A stretch of DNA of 24,000 bases from NCBI RefSeq assembly GCF_000296215.2, contig NZ_CP013949.1, forward strand, positions 7,298,248-7,322,247, written 5' to 3'. Source of the stretch: Bradyrhizobium sp. CCGE-LA001. GTDB lineage: Bacteria > Pseudomonadota > Alphaproteobacteria > Rhizobiales > Xanthobacteraceae. A program made the translations under genes and the position numbers. Position 1 is the stretch's first letter. The number at the start of each line of letters is the position of its first letter. Shown piece by piece: positions 1 to 7,111 of this stretch. The notes under the pieces are model-generated. The model saw only the letters and a list, made by a program, of their open reading frames with translations, did no database searches and was not told the DNA's origin.

Positions 1-16
1 CGGTGTCGCCGGTCAT
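1..16 (-). CDS. 5' end of a minus-strand CDS truncated by the window edge (MTGDT...)
   Basis: Minus strand reads GGAGGAACAC-ATG-ACCGGCGACACCG. There is a strong Shine-Dalgarno-like GGAGG about 5 nt before ATG (start at 16), immediately downstream of the GntR gene. Confidence 0.5.
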
Positions 17-83
17 GTGTTCCTCCGTCTAACGTCTTTGTTTGCGGGATTTCTTGATCGAAATCTTGCGTCTTGTTTTTGCG

Positions 84-863
84 CTATCTGCGCCGGGCCG
101 CCTGGGCGTGCTCCATGTACATGTGCTCGACCGAGCGATCGAGCGAGGCGATCTTCTCGAAGCCGCGCCGCCAGTCCTGCAAGTGCCGGCGCGTCCACAG
201 CACGCCGGCCTCGCGGTCGCGGCGGCGGATCGCATCGATCAGATGGCGGTGCGCCGCGACGAGGCGCGGGCCACCTTCGGCAACGCCGCTCACGATCATC
301 TCGGTGGTCGGATAGAACAATTGCGCGGCCGGCTCGCGCGCGAGCTGGAGCACACGGTTCTGCGAGGCTTTTGCGACCAGCACGTGGAATTCGGCGTCGC
401 ATTCGGCGAGCATCGCGGGATCGCCGACCACCGCCTCGCTACGCGCGAGATTGGCCGCGAGCTCGGCGATGTTTTCCTCCGTCGCGCGCTCCACCGCGCC
501 TTCGATGCTCGCGACTTCGAGCGTCATCGAGGCCTCGTAGAGCTCGCGAAAGGTGACCTCATGCAGGACCAGGGCGCGGCTGAGCCGGCTCGCCAGCTTG
601 CTGTAGCGCGGCAGGCAGGCATGCAGTCGGCGTGAAGAATCGCGGCGGATCAGACCGCCTTCCTCCAGCACGCGGATGCCCTCGCGGATGGTCGAGCGGT
701 TGACGCCGAACTGGCGGACGAGATCGTGCTCGGTGCCGATGGGGTCGCCCGGCTTGATGCGGCCATTGACGATCTCGCGTTCGATGGCGTCGGCGACCTT
801 CTGATAGGCCGGCGCGACATCGATCGGACGAAACAGCGGCGCGACAGGCAAGACGGCCTCCAA
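84..863 (-). CDS. GntR family transcriptional regulator, FadR/FCD subfamily
   Basis: 259-aa ORF. N-terminal winged HTH (YQKVADAIEREIVNGRIKPGDPIGTEHDLVRQFGVNRSTIREGIRVLEEGGLIRR) plus an all-helical C-terminal domain typical of FCD (LYEASMTLEVASIEGAVERAT...DAEFHVLVAKAS...HRHLIDAIRRRD). The annotated start is TTG at 863, so the exact N-terminus is uncertain. Confidence 0.93.
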   Translation of the reverse strand: MEAVLPVAPLFRPIDVAPAYQKVADAIEREIVNGRIKPGDPIGTEHDLVRQFGVNRSTIREGIRVLEEGGLIRRDSSRRLHACLPRYSKLASRLSRALVLHEVTFRELYEASMTLEVASIEGAVERATEENIAELAANLARSEAVVGDPAMLAECDAEFHVLVAKASQNRVLQLAREPAAQLFYPTTEMIVSGVAEGGPRLVAAHRHLIDAIRRRDREAGVLWTRRHLQDWRRGFEKIASLDRSVEHMYMEHAQAARRR

Positions 864-869
864 TGTCGA

Positions 870-880
870 TTGTCGGACAA
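870..880. promoter_or_regulatory. Putative FadR-type operator 1 (TTGTCGGACAA)
   Basis: Matches the FadR-subfamily consensus TNGTNNNACNA and is palindromic around the central base. Lies directly at the 5' end of the regulator gene. Confidence 0.6.
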
Positions 881-940
881 ACTATATTGGGTCGCCAAGG
901 GTGCGTCAAACTACATCACGCAAGCTGCATCCTGGATAAA

Positions 941-969
941 TTGACTCCGCGGATAGCTGCTTCTAACTT
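941..969 (+). promoter_or_regulatory. Weak sigma70-like promoter for the substrate-binding protein gene
   Basis: TTGACT (941-946), 17-nt spacer, TAACTT (964-969). The -35 is close to consensus but the -10 is weak. Confidence 0.35.
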
Positions 970-981
970 TGTCGGACAAAG
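967..981. promoter_or_regulatory. Putative FadR-type operator 2 (CTTTGTCGGACAAAG)
   Basis: 15-bp palindrome around one central base. Its core TTGTCGGACAA is identical to operator 1 and it overlaps the predicted -10. Confidence 0.65.
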
Positions 982-1016
982 GGACAGGATAGTCCCATGC
1001 AAGAGGAAACGTACTT

Positions 1017-2222
1017 ATGAGACCTATCGCGACACTCATGTCTGCGGCCGGCCTGCTGTCGGCTGCCCTGATCTCTCCCGTCTTCGCCCAGCAGGCACCG
1101 CTCAAGATCGGCGTGCTCTCCGATTTCTCCTCCGTCTATTCCGACATCGGCGGCATGGGGAATGTTGAGGCCACGAAAATGGCGATCGAGGATTTCGGCG
1201 GGCAGATGTTCGGCAAGCCGATCGACATGATCAGTGCCGACGTGCTCAACAAGCCCGATGTCGCCTCCACCATCGCGCGCAAATGGTGGGAGACCGAGGG
1301 CGTCGACATGATCATCGACCTTCCGACCTCGGCGACCGCGCTCGCGGTGATGGAGCTGTCGAAGCAGTACGAGAAGATCATGATCGTGACGGATGCGGCG
1401 AGCTCCGACATCACCGGAAAATCCTGCTCGCCCTACACCGCGCATTGGACCTACGACACCTACTCTAATGCGCAGACTGTCGGCAGCGCCATCGTCAAGA
1501 ATGGCGGCGATAGCTGGTATTTCCTCACCGCGGACTACGTGTTCGGCCATTCCATCGAGCGCGACACCGGCGACGTGGTGAAGAAGGCGGGCGGCAAGGT
1601 GCTCGGCAGCGTCAAGCATCCGCTCAATACGGCCGACTTCTCGTCGTTCCTGCTCCAGGCCCAGGCTTCCAAGGCCAAGATCATCGGGCTCGCCAATGGC
1701 GGCGGCGACACCATCAACGCGATAAAGCAGGCCGGCGAGTTCGGCATCGTCGCCGGCGGCCAGAACCTCGCCGCGATCGTGATGTTCATCTCCGACGTGC
1801 ACAGCCTGGGCCTCAAGCTTGCGCAAGGGCTGATCGTCACCGAAGCCTATTACTGGGACCTCAACGACAGGACCCGCGCCTTCGGCAAGCGCTTCATGGA
1901 GCGGGTCAAGCGGATGCCCACGATGAACCAGGCCGCGACCTACAGTGCAACGCTGCATTATCTCAAAGCCGTGCAGGCCGCCGGCACCAAGGACACCAAG
2001 ACCGTGATGGCCAAGATGCGCGAGCTGCCGGTGCGCGATGCCTTCACCGACAATGGCGTCCTGCGTGAGGACGGCCGCATGGTGCACAGCATGTACCTGT
2101 TCCAGGTGAAGAAGCCGGAGGAGTCGAAAGGACCGTGGGATTATTACAAGCTGCTCGCGGAAGTACCCGGCGACCAGGCGTTCCGCCCGCTGAAGGACGG
2201 CGGCTGTCCGCTGGTGAAGTGA
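1017..2222 (+). CDS. ABC transporter periplasmic substrate-binding protein (branched-chain amino acid/amide type, Peripla_BP_6-like)
   Basis: 401 aa with signal peptide (LMSAAGLLSAALISPVFAQQ) followed by PLKIGVLSDFSSVYSDIGGMGNVEATKMAIEDFGGQMFGKPIDMISADVLNKPDVA, characteristic of LivJ-like proteins. ATG at 1017 is preceded by AAGAGGAAA. Confidence 0.93.
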   Translation: MRPIATLMSAAGLLSAALISPVFAQQAPLKIGVLSDFSSVYSDIGGMGNVEATKMAIEDFGGQMFGKPIDMISADVLNKPDVASTIARKWWETEGVDMIIDLPTSATALAVMELSKQYEKIMIVTDAASSDITGKSCSPYTAHWTYDTYSNAQTVGSAIVKNGGDSWYFLTADYVFGHSIERDTGDVVKKAGGKVLGSVKHPLNTADFSSFLLQAQASKAKIIGLANGGGDTINAIKQAGEFGIVAGGQNLAAIVMFISDVHSLGLKLAQGLIVTEAYYWDLNDRTRAFGKRFMERVKRMPTMNQAATYSATLHYLKAVQAAGTKDTKTVMAKMRELPVRDAFTDNGVLREDGRMVHSMYLFQVKKPEESKGPWDYYKLLAEVPGDQAFRPLKDGGCPLVK

Positions 2223-2228
2223 GGCTCA

Positions 2229-2259
2229 CAGGCGCGCGCGGCACGGCCGCGCGCGCCTG
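2229..2259. terminator. Strong hairpin between convergent genes (possible bidirectional terminator)
   Basis: Perfect 13-bp stem CAGGCGCGCGCGG / CCGCGCGCGCCTG with a 5-nt loop (2242-2246), located between the + gene ending at 2222 and the - gene ending at 2293. No U-tract, so intrinsic termination is uncertain. Confidence 0.55.
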
Positions 2260-2292
2260 AACTGCCCGCAGCCGAGTGGCTCCAGCCGACCG

Positions 2293-5200
2293 TCAGGTCA
2301 CCTCGTCACCGCTCGCGAGCATCTCGTTCAGCATCGCCTCGGCCTTGTGCTGAAGCGGCCGCGCGCCGTTTTCGGAGGCGATCGCGATGGCGGCACGCAG
2401 GGAAGCGCGGATGGCCGCCTTGCTTTCGGCATCGGAGGGCGGCGTCACCACGGCTTCGCCGAACAGGGCCTCGGCCTCGAGGCCCGAAAACCCCTGCTGC
2501 CGCGCCGTATTGCGGGCCTCGCGCAGCATGTTCTGAGCGGCCCTGACGTCGCCGGACCGGTGGGCGGCCAGCGCCAGATAGATCGAGCTGCGCAGCACCG
2601 CCGAGGTATATCCGACCGCCTTGGCCTCTTCGCGCGCCTCCGTCAGCATGCCCCGCGCCCGGTCGAACAGTCCCTGCTCCAGATAGGCGATGCCGAGATG
2701 GCAGGCGAGCACCGGCACGAACAGGCGGATGCCGTGCTTCTGCGCGAGCACGAACCCGTCTTCGAGGATGGACGCAGCGGCGGCCGGATTGTTCTGCCCG
2801 AGCTTCAGCCAGCCGCCACTATAGGCGGCGGCGACGCGGTCATAGGGACGGCCGGTCTCCTCCGCGATCGCGGCGGCCTGTTGCTGGAGCCCCTCGGCCG
2901 CATCGAGCTCACCCATGACGGTGTGGGTGAAGCTCTTCATCATGCAGCAGAGCAGCAGCAGATAGCTCGGCGTCGTCCCGATCGGAGCGCGGGCTTGCGG
3001 ACCCGCCAGCTGGGTGCGCGCCAGCGCCAATGTCCGTTCGGCTTCGGGGTAGCGGCCGGCGAGGAAATAGGCCTGCCCGAGACCGTACCGGGCTAGATTG
3101 AGCCAACCCGGATTGTCCCATTCCTGAGCGAGGCGGACCACCTCTTCCGAGACAGCGACGGCTTCGACCGGCGCTCCGTAGAAGTTTTGCGCGCCGGCTC
3201 GAACCGTCATCGCGGCGACCTTGCGTCCGATATCGTCGATCCCATCCGCCCGCCGTTCGGCATCCATTCCAAGGTCGAGCCACTCGGCGACCTGGCCGGA
3301 CGCGATGAACGCCGCGCGGGCCTCCATCCGCAGATCGATGGCATCGGCCTCCCGCGAAGGCGTCATCGGCGTCTTGTCGAGCGAGCCCATCGCAATCTCG
3401 AAATAGCTGGCCGCGTCGGAAAACGCCGACCGGCTCAGGCATTTTCGCCCTGCGCTCTTGCCGTGACTGAACGCCTTGTACCAATCGCGGGCCCGCACGG
3501 CGTGATAGCACAGCGTATCGGGTTGATCCGCGCCTGCTCCATCGCCCTCCAGCCTCGCAAGAATGCGCGCGTGGATGGCTTCGCGCACCTTCTCGACCAT
3601 CGAGTCATAGGTCACCTGGCGGACCATCTCGTGCCGAAACTCGAGCACATCGTCCAGTTCGCTGTCGATCCTCACCAGCAGCTCGGCGCGATCGAGCGCC
3701 GCAAGGCAATCCTGAAGGACGCTTTCGGGCAGCTCGGCGAGGTCTCGCAGCGTGGCGACGCTCGATCGCCGTCCCAGCGCTGCCGCGATCTGCAGGATGG
3801 CGCGCTCCTGGCGCGACACGCGATCGAGGCGCGCCGCGATCACGCCCTGGATGCTCGAGGGAATGCCCAGCTCGTCGATCGGACGCATCAGCGCGAGATC
3901 GCCCCACTGGCCGTGGAGCGTTCCGCTGTCCCGCAAACCCCGGCACACCTCCTCGATGAACAGAGGGACATTTGCCGTGTGCGAGATGATGCGATTCTTC
4001 AGATCGTCGTTGGCCGCGGAGGGTCCGAGCATGTCGGCGAGCATGGCTAGCCCCGAGTCGTGGTCGAGCGGTTGCATCGCGACGACCTCGGCATGGCAGC
4101 GCGCAATCCACACCGGCATGCCGTTGGGCCTGGAGGTGAGGAGGACGAGAAGACCTGGAGCCTGAAGCGACGCTATCGTGGCCATGACCGCATCGCTGGC
4201 CCGATCGATCCAGTGCAGATCCTCGAGCAGAAGGATGGTTCGTTGACGACGCGCGATGCTCTCGATGACGGCGCAGCTTGCATCGGAGATCGCGCGTCCC
4301 CGGGCGTGAGGCTCGAGCTGGGACCAGCGAGGATTCGTCGTCGGCAGATCGAGCACCGCGTCGAGGGCGCATTGCGCAATCTCTCCGAGATCCTTCCGCG
4401 GATCCGACGGGCTGTCGGAATCCTTTGCGGCGGCCTCCAGGGCGGACAGCAGAACACGCTTGAGGGTGCTGAACGGGGCCCCCTTGAGGTTCGGGCTGCA
4501 CTCGGCGTTGATCAGGCGCCAACCACGGGATCTGAGCTCCTGGACGAATTCGTGCGCGAGCCGCGATTTGCCGATGCCCGCGTCGCCGAGCAGCAGGACC
4601 GTCCGCCGGCCCGTTCTGGCGCTCTCGACGGCACGGGCCAGCAATGCCCGCTCCGTCGTACGATCGACGAACCGCGAGACGCTGCGGGCACGCCGCACCC
4701 GCCAGCTCGACAAATCGCTCGCCCCCACGATGCGGTAGACCGGCACGGCCTGATTGAAGCCGCGCAGCGGCTTGCCGCCGAGATACTCGAATCGGACATG
4801 CCCTTCGGCAAGCTCCTGGCACGCTTTCGACACGTAAATCTGATTCGCCTCCGCCGCAGATTCCAGGCGGGCGGCCAGATGCTGGGCGGCACCGCCGATT
4901 TCGTAGACCTTGGAAAACTCGCTGGAGACCATGTAGGCGACGACATGACCCGAGTGCAGACCAACCCGGACCTGAAGCCCGGGATCGCCCAAGCCGACGA
5001 CACGCCGGACCAATTCGATGGCCGCATGGCAGGCCAGGGGGGCATGATTGTCGTCCGCGATCGGAGCGCCGAACACCGCAGAAACGCCGTCGCCCAGCTC
5101 CTTGCTGACGATGCCTCCGAACTGACGCACCGCGCCTCTCATAGCGGCCAGCGCCGGCTCCAGGCGCGAGACCGCCTCCTCCGGATCGAGATCGGCGACA

Positions 5201-5346
5201 AGTCCGGTGGAATCGACGACGTCGGCACGGAGAATCGTCACGAACCGGCGTTCGTTGTCCGGCTCGGAACGGCGCACGGCCACCCCGCAATTGGAGCACC
5301 AGCTATCGCCTGGGTCGATCGCCGACTGACACGCGACACACTGCAT
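2293..5346 (-). CDS. Zinc-ribbon + class III adenylate/guanylate cyclase + AAA ATPase + TPR-like regulatory protein
   Basis: Large ORF, given as 2293..5412. Likely start is ATG at 5346 (MQCVACQSAIDPGDSWCSNCG). Cyclase domain: RRFVTILRADVVDSTGL..KELGDGVSAVFGAP..VRVGLHSG. Walker A: LLLGDAGIGKSRLAHEF; Walker B-like: TILLLEDLHWID. Long helical-repeat C-terminus. Confidence 0.9.
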   Translation of the reverse strand: MQCVACQSAIDPGDSWCSNCGVAVRRSEPDNERRFVTILRADVVDSTGLVADLDPEEAVSRLEPALAAMRGAVRQFGGIVSKELGDGVSAVFGAPIADDNHAPLACHAAIELVRRVVGLGDPGLQVRVGLHSGHVVAYMVSSEFSKVYEIGGAAQHLAARLESAAEANQIYVSKACQELAEGHVRFEYLGGKPLRGFNQAVPVYRIVGASDLSSWRVRRARSVSRFVDRTTERALLARAVESARTGRRTVLLLGDAGIGKSRLAHEFVQELRSRGWRLINAECSPNLKGAPFSTLKRVLLSALEAAAKDSDSPSDPRKDLGEIAQCALDAVLDLPTTNPRWSQLEPHARGRAISDASCAVIESIARRQRTILLLEDLHWIDRASDAVMATIASLQAPGLLVLLTSRPNGMPVWIARCHAEVVAMQPLDHDSGLAMLADMLGPSAANDDLKNRIISHTANVPLFIEEVCRGLRDSGTLHGQWGDLALMRPIDELGIPSSIQGVIAARLDRVSRQERAILQIAAALGRRSSVATLRDLAELPESVLQDCLAALDRAELLVRIDSELDDVLEFRHEMVRQVTYDSMVEKVREAIHARILARLEGDGAGADQPDTLCYHAVRARDWYKAFSHGKSAGRKCLSRSAFSDAASYFEIAMGSLDKTPMTPSREADAIDLRMEARAAFIASGQVAEWLDLGMDAERRADGIDDIGRKVAAMTVRAGAQNFYGAPVEAVAVSEEVVRLAQEWDNPGWLNLARYGLGQAYFLAGRYPEAERTLALARTQLAGPQARAPIGTTPSYLLLLCCMMKSFTHTVMGELDAAEGLQQQAAAIAEETGRPYDRVAAAYSGGWLKLGQNNPAAAASILEDGFVLAQKHGIRLFVPVLACHLGIAYLEQGLFDRARGMLTEAREEAKAVGYTSAVLRSSIYLALAAHRSGDVRAAQNMLREARNTARQQGFSGLEAEALFGEAVVTPPSDAESKAAIRASLRAAIAIASENGARPLQHKAEAMLNEMLASGDEVT

Positions 5347-5634
5347 TTCCGTGCCTTCAAAAGCTGCAGCGCCGTCGCTTGTCGACCGGCGCTCGCAAGG
5401 AGCCCGGCGCAAGATTACCCATCGAAAGAGTCATGGCAATCGAACTTGCACGCCGTACGGCGCCATCACCGATCCGCAGCTCTCTGGACGAAGCACAATT
5501 TCGAGTGATAGCAATTGCACGCGCGAAATATGGGGCCGCGCGTTCTAGGGGCGCCGCGGCTTTTCTTCTGGCCGACGAGCTTTGCTGGGCTGCACGTCAC
5601 CCCGATTGATTAGAACATATCGAAGGGCAAGGCG

Positions 5635-6126
5635 ATGGGCGGCAAGACATATAGCGGCAAGGCGTTCAGGGATTTGATGAACTGCAATTACTACCCCCTG
5701 GCGAACATGAAGAGGAGCGTGGCCAAGCTCAAAGCGTCGGACGACATCGATCTGCCGACCCTTGAATATGGCCAGTACCACCTGATCCTGACGCCGCCAT
5801 CGAAATGGCCGCAGGGAAGTGCCAAGTACTGGCACAAGGAGAAGGGCCGGGCTCGCCTCGACCTCAGCACCCAACCGAACACGGTCCCCCTATCGCGGGA
5901 CGAGCCCGGCGTGATCCCCCTGACGCGATGCGACCTGCTCGATGCCTGCGTCCGGAAGTGCTTCAACTCCGAGCCGCCGATCCCGATGAAGACCAACATC
6001 ATCGTCCATGCGCCGAACGACGCCTATGCCCACCGGCACGAGATCCGGCTGGAATGGGAATACAAGAAGGGCTCGGACAAGCCGACACTGCTCCATCTGA
6101 CGATGGTCTGTCCGCACAGATCGTGA
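5635..6126 (+). CDS. Hypothetical protein (163 aa)
   Basis: Continuous ORF with non-low-complexity composition (MGGKTYSGKAFRDLMNCNYYPLANMKRSVAKLK...). The opposite-strand alternatives look like frame shadows. No family recognised. Confidence 0.55.
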   Translation: MGGKTYSGKAFRDLMNCNYYPLANMKRSVAKLKASDDIDLPTLEYGQYHLILTPPSKWPQGSAKYWHKEKGRARLDLSTQPNTVPLSRDEPGVIPLTRCDLLDACVRKCFNSEPPIPMKTNIIVHAPNDAYAHRHEIRLEWEYKKGSDKPTLLHLTMVCPHRS

Positions 6127-6304
6127 TTAGAAGCGTTCTGGCTTGTGCGGACATCATCGTCGCACGCGGGTGATATGCCGGGACTGTGGCGGGCCGCCGG
6201 TGTCCACCTCCCGTCACCGACCCGTCGCATGAAGATGATCCGGTTCGGGGGCGGACGGGAAGGCGATCAGGGAGTTTTGAGGGAGCCCCGTCCCGGAGCA
6301 GTGA

Positions 6305-6333
6305 TCCGGAAAAATGCAATGCACTTTTCCGGA
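6305..6333. repeat. Near-perfect 29-nt palindrome between convergent genes
   Basis: TCCGGAAAAaTGCA-A-TGCAcTTTTCCGGA: 14-nt arms with one mismatch around a single central base. Lies downstream of the gene ending at 6126 and just past the 3' end of the minus-strand OMP gene (6362). Confidence 0.75.
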
Positions 6334-6361
6334 TGATGATTCATCCCGCTCTCGTCGCACC

Positions 6362-7111
6362 TTAGTCGCAATAGCAGAACGCGTAGACTGCGCCGATCTT
6401 GGCAATGTGGAGGTCTGCGCTGGTCTTTCGCGACGTGCTGTCCGCGTTGGCCCTGAGAATGGTCGTGGCGCCCTGGATCTGCGTGCTCGAGCTGGTGCGC
6501 GTCTCGGCGCGGTCGATGTCGAAATGCAGGTAGCGATATTCGCCGCGCAGCGACCATCGCTGGGTCAGCTTGAACTCGCCGCCCGCGCCAGCCGTATAGC
6601 CCGCCACCCACTTGCCGTTGGGCCCGTTGACGCCGCCGGGGTCGGGAAAGGTGAAATGGCCGAGCGCCAAGCCGCCGACACCGTAGAGCATCAGCTTCGG
6701 GGTGACGAGATAGCCGGCCCGGCCGAACACGCCGACGTTCGAGCGCAATTGCTCACTGGCCTGCATCGCCGTCGGATTGACACTCGTGGTCACGACACCG
6801 TTGAGAACTTGACGGGTATTGCTCGTCTGCTCGCCGTTCATCTTGAAGGCAACATCCGAGAAGAGCGTGCCTTCGATCTGACCGCCGGCCACGATATTGC
6901 CGGCTCGCCAGTTGTAGCCTGCGAACAGATCGACCATCGAGCCCGTGGTGTCGCCGGCGGCACTGCCCCGGGTCGTCGTATTGCCGACGAAATCAGTCGT
7001 CTGCACCGCACCGTTGAAATTCTGCTGGGCAGAGTCGGCAGTCGAGGCCAGGATCTGTCGGGCACGGCCCGCGCCGGCAGCGAAATAGGCGCCGAGATAG
7101 GGGCCTGCCCA
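6362..7111 (-). repeat. Barrel repeat unit 4 (249 aa, C-terminal)
   Basis: Starts at WAGPYLGAYFAAGAGRARQILAST and ends KIGAVYAFCYCD-stop. Confidence 0.85.

Noticed and set aside
3187-5508. Long + strand ORFs (3187..4050, 4060..5508) opposite the cyclase gene
   Set aside because: Shadow ORFs from high GC3 on the antisense strand. The minus-strand frame has recognisable domains throughout; these have none.
5379-5609. 76-aa + strand ORF between the cyclase gene and the hypothetical
   Set aside because: Short, no recognisable motif, overlaps the probable untranslated region of the cyclase gene. Evidence is insufficient.
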